NCBI GenBank assembly: GCA_023254245.1 | Contig: JALQYE010000004.1 | Location: 1 to 59,582, forward strand | DNA: 59,582 nt | Direction of reading: 5' to 3' | Source: Emticicia sp. | Lineage (GTDB): Bacteria; Bacteroidota; Bacteroidia; Cytophagales; Spirosomataceae | Shown: one piece after another, positions 1 through 9,081 of the stretch | Position numbering within the stretch: the first letter of the stretch is position 1 | How the letters are laid out: each line of letters starts with the position of its first letter | Notes under the pieces: model-generated | Seen by the model: the letters and a program-made list of their open reading frames with translations, nothing else | The model's database searches: none | Told to the model about the DNA's origin: nothing | Program-made: the position numbers and the translations under genes

Positions 1-1
1 G

Positions 2-1117
2 ACGTTTACGACCAATCATTTCTTGTAACTTCGGACCGCTTTTTGTATCCATTCCGTCAACTTTCACAATTACATCACCTTTTTGGATACCCGCTGCTTT
101 TGCTGCACCGTTTTCTACAACATCGGCCACATAGATACCTTCATCGGTTTTGGTTTTGAATTCTTCGGCTTTTTTGCCATCTAATTCTACCAAATTGATA
201 CCCAAATATCCACGTTGTACGTTTCCGTATTTTACGATATCAGCTGTTACTTTCTTCACAATTTCAGATGGAACAGCAAAAGCATAGCCTGCATAAGCAC
301 CATTCGGACTGGCAATAGCGGTGTTAATACCAATCAATTCGCCTTTGAGGTTTACCAAAGCACCACCACTATTACCTGGGTTTACGGCTGCATCGGTTTG
401 AATAAACGACTCGATGGCATCGCTTGTGCGTTGATTACCGCTTTCTCCATAACGACGGTACATTTGTTGTTGCTGTTTTTCGGCTAAAATACCGATGCTA
501 CGTCCTTTTGCACTTACTATACCTGCCGTGACGGTCGATTCTAAGTTAAACGGATTTCCTACGGCCAATACCCACTCACCCACTTTCACGTTATCAGAGT
601 TAGCAAAAGTCATTGCTGGGTGCTTGCCACCTTCAATTTTGATAACTGCAATATCGGTAGATGGGTCGGTTCCGATGATTTTGGCGGTGTAAGATTTGTG
701 GTCAGATGTTACGACCTCCAATTCAGTTGCCCCTTCTACTACGTGATTGTTTGTTGCAATGTAACCATCGTTCGTAATGATAACTCCCGAACCCGACGAT
801 TCTTGTTGTTGGTTGCGTGGTTGCCCAAATGGATTGTCGCCTCCAAAGAAATCGTCAAAAATAGAGCGTTGCTGCGATACTGCTCGTACTGACTTTGCTT
901 TGATATGCACCACCGAGGGTGTTGAAAGTTCGGCCGCATAAGTAAAGTCGCCAGGTACACCTGCTGGGCCATCATAGTTTGCTAAGCGTGCGAGTGAAGG
1001 TTTTGAAGCTTCATTAAAAATTACGTCATTGCCCTGCAACCCGAGCAAGTGATAACCTCCAATCGTGGCGATACTGCTCAAAACAGCAATACCGATGGTT
1101 TTTACTGTGTTATTCAT
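2..1117 (-). CDS. htrA: HtrA/DegP (Do) family serine protease with PDZ domain, runs off the window edge
   Basis: Not in the ORF track (no stop in window). Manual translation from ATG 1117: MNNTVKTIGIAVLSS..., GSGVII, TNNHVV, TDIAVIK, QTDAAVNPGNSGGAL (catalytic Ser motif), then a PDZ-like segment. Confidence 0.95.
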   Translation of the reverse strand, partial: MNNTVKTIGIAVLSSIATIGGYHLLGLQGNDVIFNEASKPSLARLANYDGPAGVPGDFTYAAELSTPSVVHIKAKSVRAVSQQRSIFDDFFGGDNPFGQPRNQQQESSGSGVIITNDGYIATNNHVVEGATELEVVTSDHKSYTAKIIGTDPSTDIAVIKIEGGKHPAMTFANSDNVKVGEWVLAVGNPFNLESTVTAGIVSAKGRSIGILAEKQQQQMYRRYGESGNQRTSDAIESFIQTDAAVNPGNSGGALVNLKGELIGINTAIASPNGAYAGYAFAVPSEIVKKVTADIVKYGNVQRGYLGINLVELDGKKAEEFKTKTDEGIYVADVVENGAAKAAGIQKGDVIVKVDGMDTKSGPKLQEMIGRKR

Positions 1118-1332
1118 GTTTTCTATGCCGTTGTTTTACAGTTAATATTATTTATCTAATCGACTTTTTTTCAATTATTAGTAATGTTTCTTCAAATAGT
1201 TTTGTGTTTATAACGAAACAATGTTTGTTTTTGTTTCATGCAAATTTAACGCAAAAGTAGGTAAGGAAATTCGGACGGTTAGTGAATTTTAACAAATTTT
1301 AACGGAATGAATCGGCCACGAGTTTTACGCAC

Positions 1333-1369
1333 AAAAGCAAGGCATGGAAATAAATCCTTACCTTGCTTT
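1333..1369 (-). terminator. Probable intrinsic terminator after hsp20
   Basis: AAAGCAAGG...CCTTGCTTT inverted repeat just downstream of the hsp20 stop. Confidence 0.55.
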
Positions 1370-1389
1370 AACTCATTTATTACTCACAC

Positions 1390-1815
1390 TTACGCAATTT
1401 CAATCAAGCGAGGTTCTTTTGGTTTTGCTTCTTCTTTTTTAGGAAGCTCCAAGCCCAAAATTCCGTCGTTGTAAGTAGCTACGATTTTTTCGCTATCAAC
1501 CGTTTTTGGTAATGTAAACGAACGCTTGAATGTACTGAAATTAAATTCTTTACGAGTGTATTTTCCAACAGTCTCGGTGGTTTCTTCTTTCTTCTCGGTC
1601 GAGATTGTTAAGGTATTTTCGTGAACGTTTACTTTGAAATCTTCTTTCTTCAGACCAGGAGCAGCTAATTCGATTTTGAAAGCCTCTTCGCTTTCAATAA
1701 CGTTTACGGCTGGGAATGAATGTGTGTGTGCAGGAGCTACACGCTCAAAATCATTTAAAAAACTACCTAATACTGCAGGGAAAACTGGTGCGAAATTTCT
1801 TACTAATGTTGCCAT
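1390..1815 (-). CDS. Hsp20/alpha-crystallin small heat shock protein
   Basis: PAVNVIE, IELAAPG, FKRSFTLP, ATYNDGIL motifs; start placed at ATG 1815 (MATLVRN) after an A-rich leader. Confidence 0.95.
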   Translation of the reverse strand: MATLVRNFAPVFPAVLGSFLNDFERVAPAHTHSFPAVNVIESEEAFKIELAAPGLKKEDFKVNVHENTLTISTEKKEETTETVGKYTRKEFNFSTFKRSFTLPKTVDSEKIVATYNDGILGLELPKKEEAKPKEPRLIEIA

Positions 1816-1881
1816 GATTTTATTGATTTTAATGTTTGTTTCTTTTTTATGCCACACCGTTGTAGCGACGCAAACATTTCA

Positions 1882-1896
1882 TCAATTTGTGTACCA
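1882..1896 (-). promoter_or_regulatory. Sigma-54-like -24/-12 promoter of hsp20
   Basis: Minus strand reads TGGTAC-ACAAA-TTGA, versus consensus TGGCAC-N5-TTGC. Confidence 0.55.
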
Positions 1897-2028
1897 GTTG
1901 ATTTTTTCGGACTTTTTGACCGAATTTAATCTTTCTGTCGAAACAAAAAACGTCAAATTGTCTTGTTTTTATTTTTTAGGCTGACTCAAAAACAGAAATA
2001 GGTAGTTAGTTCGAAATATCTATAAACA

Positions 2029-2060
2029 AGAAAGGATTTGACCGAGGCCAAATCCTTTCT
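2029..2060 (-). terminator. Intrinsic terminator after the haloperoxidase gene
   Basis: 12-bp perfect stem AGAAAGGATTTG/CAAATCCTTTCT. Confidence 0.7.
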
Positions 2061-2081
2061 ACTATTCAATGAAATAAATGC

Positions 2082-3413
2082 TTATTTTTTCGCTTTCTGA
2101 ATAACCAATTTACCAATTTCTCTACCCGCTTTAAGGCCTTCATCGCACGCCGAGCGGAAGTGGATACCACCATATACACGGCTGATAGATGCTTGTTCGG
2201 CTGCTTCATTGAAAGATTTAAACTGCCCAACACCATGACCAAATTTTGCTTCGGTTGAGTCAGTAAAAGTAACGCTATCGCCAAATAGTTCAGTCATTAC
2301 TTCGGCCGATGCTCCAGAAATTGTGCTATGCCCACTTGTGTATTCTGGGAATGGTGGTGTTTGTAAAAACGGTACCCACTTAGTGTCAACGCTCGCATTA
2401 ATAATTGTTTCGGGGCGAATTTTATGAAAACGGTATTTTGTTTCCCAGCATTGAATGAAAGCATCACGCAAGGCCATCGACACCAGTAGATAAGCTTGTA
2501 CAGATTTAGCAAAATCTACTTTCTTATCTTTACAAACGGTTTTTACGATGGCCAACCAGTGTCCACCTGGCGTCATTTTTTTATCAGCAAACATTACGTG
2601 CCCCTGTACGTTCATTACAAAAGCGTTATCGTCCCAAAACCATGCAATGCGTTTTTCTTCTTCCGAAAGTTTATTTCCAATTTCATACACCTCAGTTACT
2701 TCTTTCATAAATGGACTGGTTTTGGCCAAATCATAAGCAAATGGTGGCGGTGGCAAAAACTGCGAAGACGAATCAATAATCATCGGTCTGATTTTGCCCC
2801 AGTTTGGCTCAATAGCATCGGCATAAGATGGCGGGGTTGGAGTCCATGTACCAGGTTTGTTTTGTAAAGTATAACGCAAACCACGTGTTTGTGGGTAATT
2901 ATCTTTCTTTGCGTAAGCCAAAACCGCTTTCCCGACTTCTGTTCCGTAAGCTACCGAACGCTCAATAACTTCGCTTGGCACGCCTGCTGTTTCAAATTTC
3001 TTATCGAGAGCTTTCTCGAAAGCATCGTATTTTTCAACCGAAAACGTAAGACCACGAGCAACCGTCATGAAAGCTTTAATACTTGCCAATTGATGACAAT
3101 ATTCTTTACCCGCTTCGATTTTTGGCACTTCGTTGAAATCTTTTACACGGCCAACCATCGAAGGCATATCTTTCTCACCCGAAACGAGTGCTTCGTAGCC
3201 CGCAAGGGTTGCATACGAATAAATACGGCTTGCCACTGGCGGTGTAAAAATATCATGTACGATTACATCGGTGAGCTGATTAACACAATCATGGTAAAAA
3301 TCAGGATTATTGACTTGGGAAGTGTATTCGGCCGACGTTTTTTGCTTACAGCCATTGGCAAACAAAACAATCAATACGAGCGTAAGCAGGCTTTTAAGAG
3401 ATTTCATCTTCAA
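2082..3413 (-). CDS. Vanadium-dependent haloperoxidase / PAP2 superfamily lipoprotein
   Basis: KYRFHKIRP, PPFPEYTSGHS and SRVYGGIHF vanadate/phosphate-binding motifs; lipobox-like FANGC. Confidence 0.88.
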   Translation of the reverse strand: MKMKSLKSLLTLVLIVLFANGCKQKTSAEYTSQVNNPDFYHDCVNQLTDVIVHDIFTPPVASRIYSYATLAGYEALVSGEKDMPSMVGRVKDFNEVPKIEAGKEYCHQLASIKAFMTVARGLTFSVEKYDAFEKALDKKFETAGVPSEVIERSVAYGTEVGKAVLAYAKKDNYPQTRGLRYTLQNKPGTWTPTPPSYADAIEPNWGKIRPMIIDSSSQFLPPPPFAYDLAKTSPFMKEVTEVYEIGNKLSEEEKRIAWFWDDNAFVMNVQGHVMFADKKMTPGGHWLAIVKTVCKDKKVDFAKSVQAYLLVSMALRDAFIQCWETKYRFHKIRPETIINASVDTKWVPFLQTPPFPEYTSGHSTISGASAEVMTELFGDSVTFTDSTEAKFGHGVGQFKSFNEAAEQASISRVYGGIHFRSACDEGLKAGREIGKLVIQKAKK

Positions 3414-3436
3414 AAAATGTAAATGGTTAAATACTT

Positions 3437-3499
3437 TGTAGGACAGGTTTGCAACCTGTCAAATGAGTGTATTGATACAAGTTGTAAACCTGCCCTACA
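3437..3499. repeat. GTAG-type REP doublet (family A)
   Basis: TGTAGGACAGGTTTGCAACCTGTC and the inverted degenerate copy TACAAGTTGTAAACCTGCCCTACA; related doublet at 18992-19062. Confidence 0.75.
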
Positions 3500-3567
3500 T
3501 AAAACACAAAAATACATGGTTTTTTAGAATCTTTTGCTAAAATTCTATTTTACTGGAAAATTACCGC

Positions 3568-4893
3568 TCAAAAAATAACCAAAAATTTGCTACCTTCTCC
3601 TACTTTAGAAATCACCTTCAAATTTCCCCCGTGAATTTGCATAATTTGACGAGACAAGCTCAAACCAATACCCGAACCTGTCTTTTTAGTCGTATAAAAC
3701 GGAATAAAAATCTTTTCGATGGCTTCAGGTTCAATACCACTTCCATTATCAGACACCTCTATAAACCTTTGATTATCAGCTTGATAGGCTAAAATTTTTA
3801 TTTCTGGATTTAACTTATTTTCTACGGCCTCAATAGCATTTTTCATGAGATTAATCAAAACCATGTCAATCTGTTCGTTATCTACGATAAGAGAAAAATC
3901 TTGTTTGATATTGATTTGAAGGTTGATTCCTTTGGCTTTTATCTGGGGTAAAATCAGATTCGTGAGGTTTCCAACGAGTTGTTTGGCGGTAATCTCAGTA
4001 GAAACTGGCTTCGGAATTGTGGTGAACTCTCGGTAGGCATTCACAAAATTCATGATGCCCTTACTTCGGTTTTCGATGGTTTGAAGGGCTTCCTTTAAAT
4101 CATCGACGGTTTCTTTGATTTCCGTTTTTTCGGACAAATCTATCTCAATGATTTCTCGCATGGTGCTGGCCAGCGAAACTATCGGTGTGACGGAGTTCAT
4201 GATTTCGTGACGAAGCACTTTTGTAAGATTCTGCCATGCATCGAGTTCTTTTTCTTGGAGTTCAGACTGAATATTTTGTAGCGAAACCAACTTTATAACT
4301 CTTCCTCGAAGACTAACGGTCGTTGAGTTTATCGTAATTTGTTGCTCATTAGAAGTTATGTAAAGCGTTTTACCGCCCGAAGGCATTCCTTTTAAGATTT
4401 CATAAAGCCCAATATGTACGCTGTTGCCTAATTCTGAAATATTACGAAGCCTGTAAATACCCAAGGTGCGAAAAGCCGCGTTATTAATCAATTCGATTTT
4501 ACCCGAAGCATCAAATGAAAGCAAACCCACGTTCACATGTTGAACGATGGTATTTATATAATGTAGATTAGCTTCTTTTTCGGCACGTGCTTGACGGAAC
4601 GCATCTAAAACTCCATTAAGTTGATTATTTACTTCTTCAAAACTTTTGCCGAGTTTATTATCAGCTCTGAATTTTACGGCAAAATCGGCATAGCGAACCG
4701 ATTCAAAGAAACGTGCCAGTTTTCGATTGACAGATGTGACATAACTAAATAGTAAGTAAAAACTAATTCCGACTCCGACCAAAATAACAAACGACAAAAA
4801 CCATTGTTTTTGTAACACAAAGTACGCAAAAGCGGCCAGTAGTAATGTCTGAATGGTTAATCTCCAAAGTATTCCAATCGAAAAATGTCTCAT
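3568..4893 (-). CDS. Membrane sensor histidine kinase (NtrY-like, PAS plus HATPase)
   Basis: Two N-terminal TM segments, H-box VLRHEIMNS, N-box NLMKNAIEA, DNGSGI, FIPFYTTK, GSGIGL. Confidence 0.93.
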   Translation of the reverse strand: MRHFSIGILWRLTIQTLLLAAFAYFVLQKQWFLSFVILVGVGISFYLLFSYVTSVNRKLARFFESVRYADFAVKFRADNKLGKSFEEVNNQLNGVLDAFRQARAEKEANLHYINTIVQHVNVGLLSFDASGKIELINNAAFRTLGIYRLRNISELGNSVHIGLYEILKGMPSGGKTLYITSNEQQITINSTTVSLRGRVIKLVSLQNIQSELQEKELDAWQNLTKVLRHEIMNSVTPIVSLASTMREIIEIDLSEKTEIKETVDDLKEALQTIENRSKGIMNFVNAYREFTTIPKPVSTEITAKQLVGNLTNLILPQIKAKGINLQINIKQDFSLIVDNEQIDMVLINLMKNAIEAVENKLNPEIKILAYQADNQRFIEVSDNGSGIEPEAIEKIFIPFYTTKKTGSGIGLSLSRQIMQIHGGNLKVISKVGEGSKFLVIF

Positions 4894-5053
4894 ATATATT
4901 TGTCTGTAAAATTGAAAAATGGAGATTTAGGTCATAAATTTTCTATAAACCAAAGTAAAAACAGTCAATAATAGCAAAATTTCTATCCTCAAAAATACAA
5001 GTTTTATACATTCTTTTTACCACTCATCAGAAAATCAAAAAGTTTTTAACCAA

Positions 5054-5089
5054 GTATCTTGCATTGCATAGTACCTTATTATATCTTTG
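5054..5089 (+). promoter_or_regulatory. Bacteroidota primary-sigma promoter with overlapping imperfect palindrome (probable PadR operator)
   Basis: TTG at 5059, 20-nt spacer, TATCTTTG at 5082; GTATCTTGCATTGCATAGTAC dyad at 5054-5074. Confidence 0.55.
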
Positions 5090-5177
5090 TAGCGTCATCA
5101 TCAGAAAGCTGTTGTTGATACGAAAGAAAACTTAAACTTTTTAAATTCCCCCTTTTGAAAGATAAGGGATTAAAAAT

Positions 5178-5507
5178 ATGGATTTAGAAAATGCCCAAGT
5201 GCAGATGCGGAAAGGAATTTTAGAGTACTGCATTCTGCATATAATTTCGAGGGGCGAAATTTATGCCTCCGAAATTCTCTACGAACTCATCAACGCCAAG
5301 ATAATGGTAGTTGAAGGCACCCTTTACCCTTTATTGACCCGCCTAAAAAATGCAGGCTTACTCGATTATAAATGGGTAGAATCAACTTCAGGACCGCCAC
5401 GTAAATACTACGTATTGACTGATACAGGGCTAATGTTTTTAGAAAACTTGAACAATACTTGGAACGAACTTTCGGAGTCTGTTACAACAATTATAAGCAA
5501 GAAATAA
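5178..5507 (+). CDS. PadR family transcriptional regulator
   Basis: QMRKGILEYCIL, EGTLYPLLTRL, GPPRKYYVLT. Confidence 0.95.
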   Translation: MDLENAQVQMRKGILEYCILHIISRGEIYASEILYELINAKIMVVEGTLYPLLTRLKNAGLLDYKWVESTSGPPRKYYVLTDTGLMFLENLNNTWNELSESVTTIISKK

Positions 5508-5611
5508 TTAAAATCTGATTTCGAGCTTTCAGTTTTATTCACTCGAAATCACCTAATCTAATTACCCTAAATCAAGCATCTAACAGCGAACGATTTTTTA
5601 TCAATAAGACA

Positions 5612-8122
5612 ATGAAAAAGACTATACAAATAAATATAGCAGGCATGGTTTTCAATATCGAAGAAGATGCCTACGAAAAACTAAACGCTTATTTAGCCTC
5701 TATAAAACAATATTTTGCGTCGTATGAGGGCAGTCAAGAGATTGTTTCTGATATCGAAGCTCGTATTGCCGAAAAATTCTGGACAAATCAAAAATCTGAT
5801 AGTCAGCCAGTTATAACAAACGAAGGCGTGAACGACCTCATCAAATCAATGGGTAGTGTGGCTGACTTTGAAGCAATCGAAGAAGAAGAAGATTTAAAAA
5901 ACACTGCACAATCAACGGCGAACAATACGCAATCGACATTTAGCAGTCAACAGTCAACAGCAGGAAGCCAAGAATCGGATAGTTTTAAAACAACTCAACC
6001 AAAACGCCTTTATCGTGATGTAAAACGTAAAGCTTTAGGCGGTGTTTTAGCTGGTTTGGCACATTATTTCAATATTGATGTGGTTTGGGCAAGAATTGTC
6101 TTCTTGCTATTATTCTTGGGCTTACCACCAATCGATGACGACCTCGGACCAATCTCAGGCTTTGTTTTCTTGGCATATTTTGTTTGTTGGGTTGTTTTCC
6201 CGCCAAACTTTAACCTCGACGAAGACAAAAAAATCAAGAAATTCTACCGTGATAATGATAATAAAGTTTTAGGCGGTGTTTGTAGTGGTTTAGCTGCTTA
6301 TTTTGGAGTTGACATTACGGTTATTCGTTTGCTTTTTGTGTTGAGTGTGTTTTTATTCGGAACAGGCTTCTTGGCCTACATCATCCTTTGGATTGTAGCA
6401 CCTAAAGCTCAGACCCTCACACAAAAAATGGAAATGAAAGGCGAGCCAGTCACGCTTTCTAATATCGAAACTAATATCAAAGAAAGCATTAACGTTGATA
6501 AAAACGCTCCAGAAAATACTCTTACCAAAATCCTTCTTTTCCCTTTCCGATTAGTCGGTATGGTTATCAAAGCTTTGGGCGAGGTATTAAAGCACCTCGG
6601 GCCAGTTGCCAGAGTTTTGGCGGGCGTAATGCTCATGTTATTTTCTTTAGCAATGATTATTGGAGTTGTGGCGGCTGTGGCAGCATTCTTTGGCGTAACT
6701 TCGGGTATTGAAGGAACTGAGTTTTTTGATAATAGTCCATTCAAAATCTTCTCGCAAGATATTCACCCAATGACAGGCTTCTTTGCTTTCTTGGCAATGT
6801 TTACACCTTTCTTAGCTCTTTTACTTACGGGTCTAACCTTGCTTTCAAATAGAAGAATCGGAAACCGCAATTTTTGGATTTCGCTCTTAGGCCTTTGGTT
6901 GGCAGGTTTGATGGGAACGGGTATTTTAGCAACAAAATATGCCCTCAACTTTAAGAAAAAAGGGCGTTTTGAACAAACTAAAAACTTCCCTTACACACTT
7001 TCTGGACAAACATTAGTTCTTGATGCAAACAATAATCACGATGGCGATTTTGATAAAATTCGTATCGAAGATGATGTAAAAGTAAATGTAGAAGGCTACG
7101 AGGGAACAGATTTGAAATTAGAACAACGTTTCGAATCGTCTGGCCGTACAAGAGCAGAAGCTGAAAGTTTTGCAAAGGCAATCATCTATAACATTGCCCA
7201 AAAAGATTCGACACTGACGTTCGACCAAAACATAACACTACCAGAAAAAGCTCGCTTCCGTGGACAAGACCTCGAAATGACGCTCTATGTGCCTTATGAT
7301 AAGCCTTTTAAATTAACTAAGAATTTTTATTACAGTGTATATCGTAGAGATTGGAATAAACACGATTTTGATATTGATGGCGATGACGTAGATAAGTACA
7401 CTTACGTAATGAAACGTGATTCGGGTATGGTTTGCCGTGATTGTCCGAAATTAAGTGATGAAGAACGTGAGGCACTTAGAGATAATCACTACGATGACGA
7501 CAACGATTCTGCTTTCGACTATGGTGTTTTTGAAGAAAAAGGCCAGCACGAAAAGAAGTTTGATTTGAAAGGTTTTGATAAAGTAGAAGTAGGCGGAGCA
7601 TTCATCGTAACGATTCGTAAAGGTAGTTCGTTTGAAGTAATAGCAGATACCGACAACCAAAGCGATTTAGATGACATTGACTTTGATATTCGTAACAATA
7701 CCCTCGAAATTGGTCATAAAGATAAATTTTCGTTTAGTAGAAGACACGAAACCGTTAGAATCAATATTACGATGCCATCGCTCGAAGGACTTGATATTTC
7801 GGGAGCATCTACTATCAAAGTGATTGGCTTTAAAGATAAAAGCACAGACTTAGATATTCAATTATCGGGTGCATCGAAAGCAGCTATTGATGTGGAAGTA
7901 CGTAAAATCGAATTCGATGCTTCGGGAGCTTCAAAAGCCGATTTAAGAGGCTCGGCCGAACGAGTAAACATGGATGTTTCGGGTGCTTGCCAAATTGATG
8001 CCAAACGTATGGAAATCAACCAAGCCAGAGCCGATGCCAGCGGTGCAAGTCATATTAGTTTTGGAAAGGTAAAAGATTTTGATTCAAACACCAGCGGAGC
8101 AAGTAAAGTTAGCCGAGAATAA
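5612..8122 (+). CDS. PspC domain membrane protein with C-terminal GIN/DUF2807 beta-helix domain
   Basis: Two PspC repeats (LYRD..LGGVLAGLAHYF; FYRD..LGGVCSGLAAYF), central TM region, C-terminal SGAS repeats. Confidence 0.9.
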   Translation: MKKTIQINIAGMVFNIEEDAYEKLNAYLASIKQYFASYEGSQEIVSDIEARIAEKFWTNQKSDSQPVITNEGVNDLIKSMGSVADFEAIEEEEDLKNTAQSTANNTQSTFSSQQSTAGSQESDSFKTTQPKRLYRDVKRKALGGVLAGLAHYFNIDVVWARIVFLLLFLGLPPIDDDLGPISGFVFLAYFVCWVVFPPNFNLDEDKKIKKFYRDNDNKVLGGVCSGLAAYFGVDITVIRLLFVLSVFLFGTGFLAYIILWIVAPKAQTLTQKMEMKGEPVTLSNIETNIKESINVDKNAPENTLTKILLFPFRLVGMVIKALGEVLKHLGPVARVLAGVMLMLFSLAMIIGVVAAVAAFFGVTSGIEGTEFFDNSPFKIFSQDIHPMTGFFAFLAMFTPFLALLLTGLTLLSNRRIGNRNFWISLLGLWLAGLMGTGILATKYALNFKKKGRFEQTKNFPYTLSGQTLVLDANNNHDGDFDKIRIEDDVKVNVEGYEGTDLKLEQRFESSGRTRAEAESFAKAIIYNIAQKDSTLTFDQNITLPEKARFRGQDLEMTLYVPYDKPFKLTKNFYYSVYRRDWNKHDFDIDGDDVDKYTYVMKRDSGMVCRDCPKLSDEEREALRDNHYDDDNDSAFDYGVFEEKGQHEKKFDLKGFDKVEVGGAFIVTIRKGSSFEVIADTDNQSDLDDIDFDIRNNTLEIGHKDKFSFSRRHETVRINITMPSLEGLDISGASTIKVIGFKDKSTDLDIQLSGASKAAIDVEVRKIEFDASGASKADLRGSAERVNMDVSGACQIDAKRMEINQARADASGASHISFGKVKDFDSNTSGASKVSRE

Positions 8123-8148
8123 AAACAATGAGCGAATGAATGATTGAT

Positions 8149-8189
8149 AACATGAGAGAATAAGCCATAAAGCCTTATTCTCTCATGTT
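8149..8189. terminator. Hairpin between convergent genes, probable bidirectional terminator
   Basis: 16-bp perfect stem AACATGAGAGAATAAG/CTTATTCTCTCATGTT. Confidence 0.7.
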
Positions 8190-8191
8190 GT

Positions 8192-8530
8192 TTATTGATT
8201 GGTAAGCTTGAAAATTTGTTTCATTAGCATCCATTTTTCACCAGGTTTGGCCATTGGCAGGGCTTGTTGGAACTTCCAAACGAAATTCTCCCATTCTTGC
8301 ACTTTAGGATTGTTGGCGTCCATGTCTGATTTTCTTTCAAACGAAAAATCATCTTCGGTTTCCATAATCATAAACAAACGATTGCCGATTCGGTAAATTT
8401 CCATCTCGGTAATACCCGCATCAGTAATACTCTTGGCAATTTCATCAGCGATGCGTTCATGTAATTTTTCATATTCGTCAATCAGAGTTGGGTCGTCAAC
8501 TAAATCAAGAGCAAGCGTATAGCGTTTCAT
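8192..8530 (-). CDS. L-rhamnose/L-fucose mutarotase family protein
   Basis: ALDLVDDP..EYEKLH, GITEMEIYR.GNRLFMIME, VQEWE, EKWMLM. Confidence 0.85.
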   Translation of the reverse strand: MKRYTLALDLVDDPTLIDEYEKLHERIADEIAKSITDAGITEMEIYRIGNRLFMIMETEDDFSFERKSDMDANNPKVQEWENFVWKFQQALPMAKPGEKWMLMKQIFKLTNQ

Positions 8531-8679
8531 CGTTAAAAATGGGGAATTTTTAAATAAAATTTCAGATATAATTTATTGATAATCAGAGTTTTTATAATTG
8601 AGAGGAAATGTTTTTTCGATTTTCTGCAATATTTTTTGTAAAAAACGTTTGAAATTAAATAGATTTTTTCGTTATTTCA

Positions 8680-8709
8680 TTTGAGAAGTAGATTTTTGTT
8701 ATACTTTTG
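8680..8709 (+). promoter_or_regulatory. Bacteroidota -33/-7 promoter
   Basis: TTTG at 8680 and TACTTTTG at 8702, upstream of the ATG at 8751. Confidence 0.55.
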
Positions 8710-8750
8710 CAGCCTTAAATTTTTTGTAACACTAAAAAGGAAGAAAGACT

Positions 8751-8972
8751 ATGTATTGGACACTCGAACTTGCGTCGTATTTGGAGGACGCTCCGTGGCC
8801 CGCTACAAAAGATGAGTTGATAGATTTTTCGATTCGTTCGGGAGCACCCATTGAAGTTATTGAAAACCTACAAGAACTTGAGGACGACGGACAACCGTAC
8901 GAGAGCATTGAGGAGATTTGGCCAGATTACCCGACCAAAGATGACTTTTTCTTTAATGAAGATGAATATTAA
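8751..8972 (+). CDS. DUF2795 domain-containing small acidic protein
   Basis: MYWTLELASYLEDAPWPATKDELID, a highly conserved Bacteroidota sequence. Confidence 0.93.
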   Translation: MYWTLELASYLEDAPWPATKDELIDFSIRSGAPIEVIENLQELEDDGQPYESIEEIWPDYPTKDDFFFNEDEY

Positions 8973-9017
8973 ACAGAGTTTCTGATTCGGTAGCGTATTC
9001 GGATTTTTATTTATTTA

Positions 9018-9050
9018 AAAGCAACAATTAGCCATTCTAATTGTTGCTTT
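9018..9050 (+). terminator. Intrinsic terminator
   Basis: 14-bp stem AAAGCAACAATTAG/CTAATTGTTGCTTT. Confidence 0.7.
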
Positions 9051-9081
9051 GTTGTTTCTACCCTTTAACCTCCTCTCACTA

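Noticed and set aside
215-975. Four short ORFs in the track at the window start
   Set aside because: They are antisense or out-of-frame shadows of the htrA gene, which the track missed because it runs off the edge
2889-3422. Longer antisense ORFs (177 aa here; also 44619-45131, 28286-28720, 27590-27976)
   Set aside because: Each overlaps a well-supported gene on the opposite strand and shows no recognisable motif
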